Below, piece after piece: positions 23,242 to 31,809 of a stretch of DNA of 32,000 nucleotides. Both the position numbers and the translations under genes were made by a program. The stretch is from contig JBDSDX010000001.1 of assembly GCA_039920285.1 (NCBI GenBank), forward strand, positions 690,001-722,000, read 5' to 3'. Within the stretch, counting starts at the first letter, position 1. Every line of letters begins with the position of its first letter. The notes under the pieces were generated by a model. That model saw nothing but the letters and a program-made list of their open reading frames with translations. It did not search any database and was not told the DNA's origin. Source of the stretch: Candidatus Saccharimonadota bacterium. GTDB taxonomy: Bacteria > Patescibacteriota > Saccharimonadia > Saccharimonadales > Saccharimonadaceae.

Positions 23242-24765
23242 TTATTGTACTACGTCCTCACCGAAGTGTTTTTGCAGACGCATCGTGATTGAACCTTCAT
23301 GGCGACCCAGTTGCTTGCTCAATTTCTTGATCGAAAGACCATTTTGAAAGCCTTGTTTCAACGCTTCATCCTGGACTGTTTCCCATGGCATATAGGCGTT
23401 AGGGTAGGTTTCACGCATTTTAGCGATCTTGTCAGACCAGCCACCGGTTCCTTTGGCGGGTGTCTTTGGTTCGGGTTTTGATGCCCGTTCAATAGCCTTT
23501 TTTTCAAGCGCAGCAAATCGTTTTACATCACCCGCAGCTTTGGCACGCAAGACTTCATCAATCGTTTGCGCATCTTCACTCACCTTCAATGCCATTTGAT
23601 TAATACCGGTGAGATATAGATTATTTAAGTTCTTCACACGACTGAGTGCGACGTACCCCATGCCTTCAACAAAGGCTTTACGAAGATCAATACGAGCAGC
23701 GTCAAGCGTCATCCCCTGAGATTTGTGAACCGTGATCGCCCACGCAAGTCGCAGTGGAATCTGGGTAATACTGGCGCGTTTCTTGTCGCCGTCGCGAAGT
23801 TCCCATGTATCTGGAACCATCGAGACGATTTTGCCACTCTTAAATTCAATAATTGGATACTCAGTGTGTGGTTCAAAGTCCATCACAACACCAAGGCTAC
23901 CATTCACATACTTACGTTCGGCGCTATTTTTTACCGCCATTACCAATGCGCCTTTTTTCAATTTCAATGCTGCTGGTGCCAATACTGAACGCTGCAACGA
24001 TTCAACATAACTCTCGCTTCCTGTCGTTGTTTGCGAATAAGTAATTTCGTCACCTTCAATTTGTTCAAGCTTGGCGTTATTCATTTTATCGACATCGACG
24101 TTGACCGTATGAAGTTCGGTGAGAACTTCCAGTTCGTCTGGGAAAACTTCTGAGCGCATTAAGAGTGTCTCAACGTGATGACGACGTAACTCCCCCGCTC
24201 TGAGCGCGTTCAAGATGTCGAGTAACGTCTCGTCGTCTTGACGGTGTTGTTCAGCTAAGTAACAAATGACTGGATCAAGGTCACGCCAGACTTCAGCATT
24301 CACCACGAAGCCACCAGCTCGTGAATCACCACGGTTAATCGGTGGAAGTTGGAAGAAGTCACCACTCATGATCAACTGGATGCCGCCAAATGGTTCATCA
24401 ACTTTGCGAATCAAGCGACAGACTTCATCAATCATATCCAAACGAAAATCATGTAACATACTTATCTCATCGATAATAAGAACGTCAGTTTTTTCGATAA
24501 TTTCACGCCGTGTTTTCGAGACGTGGTCAGCAAAGCCATGAGGAATATGGTCGAGTACTCCAATACCACTCCAACTGTGAATCGTTGTCCCCCCAAGGTG
24601 GGTTGCGGCAAGCCCAGTCGTCGCAGTCACGGAGATATGTTTGCCTTCGTGTTTTGCAAGACGAACAAATTGATTTAACACAAAGGTCTTGCCGGCCCCC
24701 GCTGGACCGGTCAATAAGACACTTTCTCCCGAGAGCATTATCTCGAGTGCTAACCCCTGATTCAT
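23242..24765 (-). CDS. Pif1/RecD-family SF1B DNA helicase with C-terminal HTH-like tail
   Basis: Walker A GPAGAGKT, Walker B VLIIDEISM, SGDFFQLPPI, and TVHKSQGMTLD. The tail reads GLSIKKLSKQLGRHEGSITMRLQK. Confidence 0.9.
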   Translation of the reverse strand: MNQGLALEIMLSGESVLLTGPAGAGKTFVLNQFVRLAKHEGKHISVTATTGLAATHLGGTTIHSWSGIGVLDHIPHGFADHVSKTRREIIEKTDVLIIDEISMLHDFRLDMIDEVCRLIRKVDEPFGGIQLIMSGDFFQLPPINRGDSRAGGFVVNAEVWRDLDPVICYLAEQHRQDDETLLDILNALRAGELRRHHVETLLMRSEVFPDELEVLTELHTVNVDVDKMNNAKLEQIEGDEITYSQTTTGSESYVESLQRSVLAPAALKLKKGALVMAVKNSAERKYVNGSLGVVMDFEPHTEYPIIEFKSGKIVSMVPDTWELRDGDKKRASITQIPLRLAWAITVHKSQGMTLDAARIDLRKAFVEGMGYVALSRVKNLNNLYLTGINQMALKVSEDAQTIDEVLRAKAAGDVKRFAALEKKAIERASKPEPKTPAKGTGGWSDKIAKMRETYPNAYMPWETVQDEALKQGFQNGLSIKKLSKQLGRHEGSITMRLQKHFGEDVVQ

Positions 24766-24799
24766 TATCTCTAGTATACCTTACAAATCCGAACGACTT

Positions 24800-25807
24800 C
24801 TAGCCGCGCGGTGGTTCGCCTTCAGGATCATTAAGAAGTCTTTTACTCTTCACTTCGTAGCGTCGACCGGTGATTTCACTCGTAATATAATCTTCATTAA
24901 TTAAGTTCACAAACATACTTAAGTCACGACCATCCATAATGATAATCGCTCCCTCGTCATCGGTCATGAGCTCCAGTTGCATTTCATCTGCATACTCAAC
25001 TGCCTGGCTCTGACTGACAGGACCAATCTCAATTTTCTGTAGTTTATTCACGACTTTTTTTGTTTCACGGACCAATGATTGCAAATCCATACCCTCTGGG
25101 AAACTCAGCTTGAAGTGCTTTTCGATTTCGCTCACCTTTTGGTCAGCAAGCAGCTGTTTTTTATATTCAAAGTTGAACAGACGTTCAAATTTAGACGAGT
25201 TAAAAGCAAAGATATCACCATCAATGATCAAGACTTGATTATCGGTCGGGACCTTCCATCCAAAGTCTGCCTTGAAAGTTTCGAACTTTCCATTACGGAA
25301 TTCCCAAGAGGTTGCGCCCTGCAACACCTGGCCTTGGCTTACCTGTTTGATAGCATAAAAGGCTTTCTTCGAGTCGTCCTTTCGAGTAAAACGCGCCACG
25401 ATTCCTTTGATTCGTTTAAAGTCATGTTCTTCGTGTGAGAACTCAACAATATCGGCTCGTTCATTCTCGATCAAGTGAATAAGCGTTTCAGCACGGCCAA
25501 CTTTCGCAAGTTCAATGCGAAGCAACACGTTGTCTTCTTTTTCACTCATCTCATACTCGCGCACCGAAAGGCCAGTACCTGCACCCATCGTTACTTCGTT
25601 AATTAAGTCATACAAAAAGACTGGTTTTATCTGAGTATCTAACTCATTCCCTAGAGTCGTCGTATAGGGTGTGTAATTTTTATTAAACAAAAAGAATTCG
25701 ACATTCAAATCATTCTTTATACCGTCGGTGGTATTTGCCCATAAGAAAATGTCTGTTGGTTGGCGTTCAGCCTCGGTCTCTTCGATTTTTTGGGGTTCGT
25801 CGTTCAT
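24800..25807 (-). CDS. DUF4868/KwaB-like protein (Kiwa defence component homologue; family assignment from memory)
   Basis: The 335-aa soluble protein is clearly coding. The mid-region LIIDGDIFAFNSSKFERLFNFEYKK and the C-terminal FVNLINEDYITSEITG resemble what I recall of KwaB/DUF4868. The confidence value refers to the family call. Confidence 0.55.
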   Translation of the reverse strand: MNDEPQKIEETEAERQPTDIFLWANTTDGIKNDLNVEFFLFNKNYTPYTTTLGNELDTQIKPVFLYDLINEVTMGAGTGLSVREYEMSEKEDNVLLRIELAKVGRAETLIHLIENERADIVEFSHEEHDFKRIKGIVARFTRKDDSKKAFYAIKQVSQGQVLQGATSWEFRNGKFETFKADFGWKVPTDNQVLIIDGDIFAFNSSKFERLFNFEYKKQLLADQKVSEIEKHFKLSFPEGMDLQSLVRETKKVVNKLQKIEIGPVSQSQAVEYADEMQLELMTDDEGAIIIMDGRDLSMFVNLINEDYITSEITGRRYEVKSKRLLNDPEGEPPRG

Positions 25808-25835
25808 GTTTCTTTCCGTTTAAGCAACAGGAACT

Positions 25836-25864
25836 ATTGTAGGCTGACGCGTCGCCGGTGGCAA
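25836..25864 (-). promoter_or_regulatory. promoter of the KwaB-like/helicase unit (TTGCCA-17 bp-TACAAT)
   Basis: On the - strand: TTGCCA at 25864-25859, a 17-bp spacer, TACAAT at 25841-25836. It sits in the 75-nt gap upstream of ATG 25807. Confidence 0.5.
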
Positions 25865-25882
25865 CGATAAAAAATACAACTG

Positions 25883-26386
25883 TTAGAGCTGCCGGCTATC
25901 GTACGCCCAATGTAACACCGCTTGACGTTGACGACGACGACAATCCAATTCACCTGGCGCACAGAATTTTTTAATTTGCGCAGTGTGGCGAGTCATGTTC
26001 TTCCATCGTTTAATTTGGCGTTGATCTTCGCCCAGAATCCGTCGACCCATATAATAACGGCAATACCATTGGAACCACCCGCGCGGGTCCTCATCATAGA
26101 TCCAGCCTTTGCGACGCCATTCAGCCAGTGATTGACTGGCGTTAACCTGGAAAAAGTTTAAATTGGGATCTTTTTTATCTTCTGCAAATCGTGCATGGGT
26201 AAACCACTCATCAGGAAACTCATCACGGCAATCCCGCATGTACACTCCTCCAAAAACACCCAACTCTAGCATTTCTTTTGGGGTGAGATCGGGCGTAAAG
26301 TCTTCAGCAAAATGTTTGCCGACTGGCTCGGTCAGGTCGTACTCATAGCCATCTTGCATTCGATCATGAACAACTATGTGGGTCAT
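25883..26386 (-). CDS. conserved protein of unknown function (possibly DUF4385-type; unverified)
   Basis: The striking motif block GVFGGVYMRDC ... DPRGWFQWYCRYYMGRR ... RQIKRWKNMTRH ... RRRQRQAVLHWAYDS is one I recall from a widespread uncharacterised family. Confidence 0.8.
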   Translation of the reverse strand: MTHIVVHDRMQDGYEYDLTEPVGKHFAEDFTPDLTPKEMLELGVFGGVYMRDCRDEFPDEWFTHARFAEDKKDPNLNFFQVNASQSLAEWRRKGWIYDEDPRGWFQWYCRYYMGRRILGEDQRQIKRWKNMTRHTAQIKKFCAPGELDCRRRQRQAVLHWAYDSRQL

Positions 26387-26401
26387 TATAATGACAACGA
26401 G

Positions 26402-26842
26402 CTACACGCTCTCTGGGTTTACTTTTCCATCCAAGCGCATCGTGCGGGCATTGTTTGCCCATTCATCGGCCATCTCGTTGCCTGGGTCGCCTTCGTGGCC
26501 ACGAACCCAAGTCAAGATCGCTCCCGACTTTCCGTAGAGCTCATAGGCTTCCTGAACAATCTCCAGGTTTTTAATTTCGCCGCCTTTTTTCTTCCAGTCT
26601 TTCGCCGCCCAACCTGGTGCCCACTTGGTGATAACGTTAATCCAAAATTCACTATCAGTAAAGATTTCGCACTCGGCGCCGTCAGCGTCTTTCATGGCAG
26701 CAATTAATGCCTGCCCTTCCATACGAATATTAGTTGAGTTCAGTTCGTGTCCAGCGATATAGGGTTGCATATCTTTGATCACAGAAAAGCCACCCGGACC
26801 CGGGTTAGGGCTGCAGCTGCCGTCAGTGTAGTAAATAATCAT
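26402..26842 (-). CDS. rnhA: ribonuclease HI
   Basis: MIIYYTDGSC (Asp), NIRMEGQA (Glu), IFTDSEF (Asp) and GNEMADEWAN (Asp) form the DEDD core. The start was moved to Met12 of the track ORF (ATG 26842). Confidence 0.9.
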   Translation of the reverse strand: MIIYYTDGSCSPNPGPGGFSVIKDMQPYIAGHELNSTNIRMEGQALIAAMKDADGAECEIFTDSEFWINVITKWAPGWAAKDWKKKGGEIKNLEIVQEAYELYGKSGAILTWVRGHEGDPGNEMADEWANNARTMRLDGKVNPESV

Positions 26843-26847
26843 TCTTA

Positions 26848-27150
26848 CTATTCTACTACGTCGATACCGTTCCAAAAAGCGACATAGTTCGTAAAGTCAT
26901 GTTTGACTCGTTCGACAGAGCCTTCTTTTGGCTGGGGATAATACCAAGCACCAAAATCGTTCTTCGAACCATCAACAATAACATCATAATAACTTGCCTC
27001 ACCCTTCCATATACAGGTCGTGTGATGATCACTCTCTTCAAAATACTGCCATTTAATACTCGTCGGAGGAAAATACCAGTTGCCTTCAATGCGAATTAAA
27101 TCTTTAACGGGTGCTTCTGCGACAACCTCGTCGCGCCATAGTGCTTTCAT
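26848..27150 (-). CDS. DUF427 domain protein
   Basis: IRIEGNWYFPPTSI, HHTTCIWKGEASYYDV and FGAWYYPQP match the DUF427 pattern as I recall it. The ATG overlaps the upstream stop by 1 nt (TAATG). Confidence 0.85.
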   Translation of the reverse strand: MKALWRDEVVAEAPVKDLIRIEGNWYFPPTSIKWQYFEESDHHTTCIWKGEASYYDVIVDGSKNDFGAWYYPQPKEGSVERVKHDFTNYVAFWNGIDVVE

Positions 27151-27725
27151 TATTTCTTACCTTCCTTTTTACTAAAATATGCTTCGACATCAATCCCATG
27201 CCATTCTTTGGGTATTTTTTCTTTAAACCAGATACTCTTTTCGAAATCATCAAGCTCTGTGCTGACAATCCATGCCGTCACGACCACGAAAATAACTGAG
27301 AAGACCGCACAGGCACCGACAATCCAGTCCCCATAATGAAAGAGTGTTGTTAGCGCAATGAGCATTATCGATGGAATGCCAACCAAGATGTGAAATAGGA
27401 TCGGCAACTGTTCATCACGGTGCAACAAAAACGTCTCAAGATCACGCTTCACGACCGCTTTTGATACAATTTTGTATTCATCGAATACTGAGCCAATACC
27501 GATACTTGCAAAGATAACGTACACAAAACTTACTAACGGCAATATGATGAAAAGTAACGGATTTTCGGCTTCTTTATTAAATGAAATGTTATGATCGAAA
27601 AAAACGAATTTCCATATAACTGCGCCGGCAAGAGCGACAACGAGTGGCCGCAGTACGATCGGCACGTGCCGCTTAATAACCACCCATCGCCTATTCCAAG
27701 ATATAAAATTTCGTCGTTCAACCAT
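27150..27725 (-). CDS. four-TM integral membrane protein of unknown function
   Basis: Four hydrophobic segments at about residues 21-43, 56-81, 107-131 and 134-158, with a charged linker and a charged tail. Confidence 0.8.
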   Translation of the reverse strand: MVERRNFISWNRRWVVIKRHVPIVLRPLVVALAGAVIWKFVFFDHNISFNKEAENPLLFIILPLVSFVYVIFASIGIGSVFDEYKIVSKAVVKRDLETFLLHRDEQLPILFHILVGIPSIMLIALTTLFHYGDWIVGACAVFSVIFVVVTAWIVSTELDDFEKSIWFKEKIPKEWHGIDVEAYFSKKEGKK

Positions 27726-27785
27726 TAACTATACTAACCCTGTTTATGACGCTAGTATGCGCCCCTGCACCTCTCATGTCCAGAT

Positions 27786-28838
27786 TTAAAGTGCGGGACC
27801 AGTTGATGTCGAGTTATACTGCGTCCCTTGCCAGAACCACCCCGGGTTTGAGCCGTCAGCATATTCGTATAAAGTACTTCCTTGTGTGAGCATAAGATCG
27901 TCAATTACGTAATTATCTCCAATTACTGCCCCTCCCGAGTTACTAATCACCGCAAGACTAACTGTCGTTGTACTCGGAGTAACCGCTCCAGTCGTACTGA
28001 TACGCTGCGGAACACCAGCAACTAAACTATAGCTCGTCGATGAAAGGTCTGTGGCTGACGTACCTTCTCTAATTTTAATACTAATCGTCGCATCAACTGA
28101 AGATGTCACCGTGACAGAAGCTGTGTACGTCTGACTTGGAACAACTGTAAATGGAAGGACACTTTTACCAATATAGACACCGGCTGCAGAAGTATTTACT
28201 CGAGTAACCGAATACTGAGCAATCCCACTATTGACGACTCTTGCCCCTGTCCATGCAGAGTTCACTGACCAGTTCGTATCGTTTGTCTTTAAACTTGGGT
28301 TATCAACGAGGTTTGTGATCGACGGCGCACCAGTCCAAGCGGTCCAATTCGTATATACCATTCCTGTCGCATTCCCTGATGCCGGTATATAGCTTGGGTC
28401 AATATCAGCACAGGTTGTTGGCCAGTTTGCCGTGGTCGGATTCCACACCACACTTCCTGTGTATTCACTAATGCCCGATTCGCTCTTGACCATGAATCGT
28501 TTGCCAGATTGCGACATCGCAATAACTGCGTACTCGGTGTCTGTTGCATTTGTACATACATAGATATTCGCTTTATTCGTCGTCGTATATGACCCTGTGG
28601 TAAGCTTCAGTCCTAACGTAGCAAGCTTTATGTTTGTATTAGGAAATAATCCAGAATTATCCAAGGTATATTGCTTAAACGCATCATCAATCTTCTGAAG
28701 ATCGCTTTTTACTGCGGTATCGTGAGCATTATTTGAGACCGCACCATATGAAATAAACACAATTGCAGCAAGAATGCCAATAACGACAATGACCACCAAA
28801 AGCTCAACAATCGTAAATCCTTTTGTCAGCCGTCTCAT
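27786..28838 (-). CDS. type IV pilin-like protein with large C-terminal beta-rich domain
   Basis: Class III signal MRRLTKG/FTIVELLVVIVVIGILAAI, with Glu at +5. ATG 28838 is preceded by GGGTGGGGGA. The C-terminal ~170 aa resemble a CBM/jelly-roll-type domain. Confidence 0.85.
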   Translation of the reverse strand: MRRLTKGFTIVELLVVIVVIGILAAIVFISYGAVSNNAHDTAVKSDLQKIDDAFKQYTLDNSGLFPNTNIKLATLGLKLTTGSYTTTNKANIYVCTNATDTEYAVIAMSQSGKRFMVKSESGISEYTGSVVWNPTTANWPTTCADIDPSYIPASGNATGMVYTNWTAWTGAPSITNLVDNPSLKTNDTNWSVNSAWTGARVVNSGIAQYSVTRVNTSAAGVYIGKSVLPFTVVPSQTYTASVTVTSSVDATISIKIREGTSATDLSSTSYSLVAGVPQRISTTGAVTPSTTTVSLAVISNSGGAVIGDNYVIDDLMLTQGSTLYEYADGSNPGWFWQGTQYNSTSTGPAL

Positions 28839-28858
28839 GTTCCCCCACCCTTTCATAG

Positions 28859-30205
28859 TTATATGTCTTCGAGATTTACCCGATGTTGTTCGGTCGTATC
28901 ACGGTCACGAACGGTCACTGTCCCATCTTCTAGTGTTTGGAAGTCGACAACGACACAAGCTGGTGTACCGATTTCGTCCTGACGACGATAGCGTTTCCCG
29001 ATATTGCCATTATCATCCCACATCACGTGTCCGTATTTTTGCTTCAAGGTACTGTAGACCTCGCGAGCTTTTTCAACGAGTTCTGGCTTATTACGAACGA
29101 GTGGAGAAACAGCAAATCGAATCGGTGCAAGGTGAACAGGAAGTTTCAAAAACACACGCGTCTCACCATTCACTTCGTCTTCGGTATAGGCACTTGAAAG
29201 TACTGCCATCACAGCCCGCTCAACACCAAACGATGGTTCAATCACATGAGGCACAAACTTGGTATTCGTTCCCTTAATGGTATAGTCCATACCTTTGCCG
29301 GTCGCATTTTGGATATTCATTAAATCAAAATCAGTTCGGTACGCAAGGCCAAGAAGCTCCTCTTTACCGATAGGAAAATCGTATTCGAAGTCAATCGTTC
29401 GCTTGCTGTAATGGGCACGATCACCCTCACCTACTTCGAGTTCGTGCACGTTTTCATCAGCAAGGCCGAGTGCTTGTGTCCATTTCCACACCTGTTGGCG
29501 CCAGTGCTCAAATGATTCTTCCCATTTACTTGGATCAACAAAGTATTCAATTTCCATTTGTTCAAATTCACGACTTCGAAAAATAAAGTCTCGTGGGCTA
29601 ATTTCATTTCGAAACGCCTTTCCCTGTTGGGCGAGGCCAAAAGGAAGATCAGGATAAAAGCTATCCATAACGTTCTTGTAGTTCGTGAAGATTCCTTGGG
29701 CTGTCTCAGGGCGAAGATAACTAATGCTCAACTCGTCGTCCATAGGTCCGACAGTCGTCTTAAACATCATATTAAATGTCCGAACTGAAGATAATTCGTT
29801 TTTTTCAGGACTGAGAACTTTATTTTCAACAATAAGTTTTGTCATGTCGTCCATGTTCAAACCTTCTACATCATAGCCAGCATCTTTCAAGAGATGATCG
29901 GCGCGGAATCGTCGGTGAGTCACCAGATCTTCAACGAGTGGATCGGTGAACGTGTCCACGTGACCGCTCGCCTTCCAGACTTTTTGGTTCATAAGAATAG
30001 ATGCATCGATACCGAACATGTCATCACGTTCTTCAACGAACATCTTCCACCAAAGTTGCATAATATTTCGCTTTAATGTGACGCCAAGTGGGCCGAAGTC
30101 CCAGGTGCCACTCAGACCACCATAAATGTCAGAGCCTGCATAGATAAATCCCCGGCGTTTTGCGAGAGAAACGATCTGTTCCATTTTTTCATTTTTTTCA
30201 GCCAT
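28859..30205 (-). CDS. glyQS: glycine--tRNA ligase (alpha2 GlyQS type)
   Basis: MAEKNEKMEQIVSLAKRRGFIYAGSDIYGGLSGTWDFGPLG is the canonical N-terminus, followed by class II motifs. The track ORF is extended 40 codons upstream. TGcTATAAT (30224-30216) lies 10 nt before ATG 30205. Confidence 0.95.
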   Translation of the reverse strand: MAEKNEKMEQIVSLAKRRGFIYAGSDIYGGLSGTWDFGPLGVTLKRNIMQLWWKMFVEERDDMFGIDASILMNQKVWKASGHVDTFTDPLVEDLVTHRRFRADHLLKDAGYDVEGLNMDDMTKLIVENKVLSPEKNELSSVRTFNMMFKTTVGPMDDELSISYLRPETAQGIFTNYKNVMDSFYPDLPFGLAQQGKAFRNEISPRDFIFRSREFEQMEIEYFVDPSKWEESFEHWRQQVWKWTQALGLADENVHELEVGEGDRAHYSKRTIDFEYDFPIGKEELLGLAYRTDFDLMNIQNATGKGMDYTIKGTNTKFVPHVIEPSFGVERAVMAVLSSAYTEDEVNGETRVFLKLPVHLAPIRFAVSPLVRNKPELVEKAREVYSTLKQKYGHVMWDDNGNIGKRYRRQDEIGTPACVVVDFQTLEDGTVTVRDRDTTEQHRVNLEDI

Positions 30206-30244
30206 AACTAGCGTCATTATAGCACAATCGTCTCTGTGGTTACA

Positions 30245-30273
30245 TTGACTTTTTTCTATAAAAAGAATATAAT
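30245..30273 (+). promoter_or_regulatory. promoter of ORF-H (TTGACT-17 bp-TATAAT)
   Basis: TTGACT at 30245-30250, a 17-bp spacer, TATAAT at 30268-30273. It is divergent from glyQS. Confidence 0.65.
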
Positions 30274-30318
30274 ATATACAAGTCTCACCCCGCCCAATCA
30301 TCGACCCATTGGAGTACC

Positions 30319-31086
30319 ATGACAACTATCCTGAACGATCCACCATCCTATGAAGATAGGATGGCTGAGGGCATCGCACTGTTCAACAGTGGCGACAACC
30401 TCAACTCTGCTGCAAACCTCTTCGGCTTCGCTTTCGGTGCCGCCGGAAACAACATGCAGAAGAAGGTTGACGCGCTCGAGCAGCAAGCACTCGTCTTCAC
30501 GAAAATGAATCGGTTCTCAACTGCTGAGCTCCTCTTCGTGCAGGCGATGGCTCTCGCTTCTCAGCACGCGCTCGACAGGTCCGCCTACACGATTCGGCGC
30601 AATCTGGCGATCAACTGCATGGCCGAGTACCAGCGAAGTCTCTTTCACACTCATAAGGTGTGGCGGTCTCTGTTGACGAATGCTTACGAGCTACTTCAGC
30701 AGTGTTCCTATGGGTTCAAAAAGATCGTCGACGAACCAGAAGAGCTTGCTATCACCAAGGCCTACATTGGCCGCCTCCACCTGCTGGAGCGTTTGTACGA
30801 GCCGGCTGCCAAGAAGATGCGTGAGGCACGAGATGAGTTGGAAGGGTTCACACCCGTCAACTACACCTACGTCCTCAACGTCGACATCGCGCTCATGCGG
30901 GCAGTGCCCAAGAGCGAACGCGCTGCAGTCCGTGACCATGCCCTCCCGCTCATCGAGCTGACAGGACAGACCTCCCGCTATCGGGAGATCAAGGTCATCA
31001 TGCTCGGCGGCGATCGGCTGTATCGGATCGTTCAGCGTGTACCGACAGGGATCCTCAAGATCGCTGCAGGTTTTTTCGGGAAGTGA
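30319..31086 (+). CDS. hypothetical all-helical (TPR-like?) protein ORF-H (255 aa), GC3-rich orphan
   Basis: SD GGAG lies 6 nt upstream. GC3-rich frame with own promoter and terminator. It is the only + strand gene inside a - strand block. Confidence 0.65.
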   Translation: MTTILNDPPSYEDRMAEGIALFNSGDNLNSAANLFGFAFGAAGNNMQKKVDALEQQALVFTKMNRFSTAELLFVQAMALASQHALDRSAYTIRRNLAINCMAEYQRSLFHTHKVWRSLLTNAYELLQQCSYGFKKIVDEPEELAITKAYIGRLHLLERLYEPAAKKMREARDELEGFTPVNYTYVLNVDIALMRAVPKSERAAVRDHALPLIELTGQTSRYREIKVIMLGGDRLYRIVQRVPTGILKIAAGFFGK

Positions 31087-31094
31087 GCAAAACC

Positions 31095-31124
31095 GGGCCC
31101 CATCGCCATGCGCGATTGGGGCCC
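31095..31124. terminator. bidirectional terminator between ORF-H and recO
   Basis: GGGCCCCA (31095-31102) pairs with TGGGGCCC (31117-31124), with an inner TCGC/GCGA helix. TTTCCC follows on + and GGTTTTG follows on -. Confidence 0.65.
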
Positions 31125-31134
31125 TTTCCCATAT

Positions 31135-31809
31135 CTAAATAGCGGCGTGCTCGCGCGCAACCATCAAACACACTGGCAAGATATCATCCACTCCACCAAT
31201 TTGCATCAAAATTTTTAATGATTTCGTCGAGATGAGGCGCAGTAACTTGATATGTTCGGCCGTAATATCTCCACCTGCACGCTCGACTAAGCCTTGCTCC
31301 CCCATGTCGTAGCGGTAGTGTTTTGTCGCCTCTAGCTTTTGACCCTCGATATCAATGTTCAAATTAAGTTCGTGGCCAAGCATCGCTGCATAGTGCAAAT
31401 AAAACCAAATTTGTGTCAGCTCAAGAGGAATCGATACCGCATCAAGCCCCATGTAAATGTCGCCGAGCATGTCAAACCACTCCGGCTCATCCAATGTCTC
31501 ACTGGCACGCGTGATATGTTTTACGGCGAAATACCCAAATTGTAGCCGGTCATAATCTTCGATAATATGACGATAAAAATGCACCAGTCGTGCGGACGTC
31601 AGAATCCCTAAGTCACCCTTTCCTTCTCCCAGCACGACGTCACTAATGGCGAATAGTTCGATGCCGCCGGCGAGCTTGCTCTTTTCGCGGCGTACTCCCT
31701 TCGCCATGACACTGCGTCGACCTTCTGGCGTGAGGAGTTGAAGAATACGGTCTGCTTCCCCATAGTTTGTTCTTCGAAGAATGATCGCTCGGGTATGTTG
31801 CGTTTTCAT
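31135..31809 (-). CDS. recO: DNA repair protein RecO
   Basis: The N-terminal OB-fold pattern AIILRRTNYGEADRILQLLTPEGRRSVMAKGVRR is typical of RecO. Confidence 0.9.
   Translation of the reverse strand: MKTQHTRAIILRRTNYGEADRILQLLTPEGRRSVMAKGVRREKSKLAGGIELFAISDVVLGEGKGDLGILTSARLVHFYRHIIEDYDRLQFGYFAVKHITRASETLDEPEWFDMLGDIYMGLDAVSIPLELTQIWFYLHYAAMLGHELNLNIDIEGQKLEATKHYRYDMGEQGLVERAGGDITAEHIKLLRLISTKSLKILMQIGGVDDILPVCLMVAREHAAI

Noticed and set aside
30206-30325. 40-codon N-terminal extension of glyQS, and ORF 30298-30486 (-).
   Set aside because: The extension runs through the divergent ORF-H promoter. The canonical GlyRS N-terminus starts at ATG 30205, just downstream of its own extended -10.
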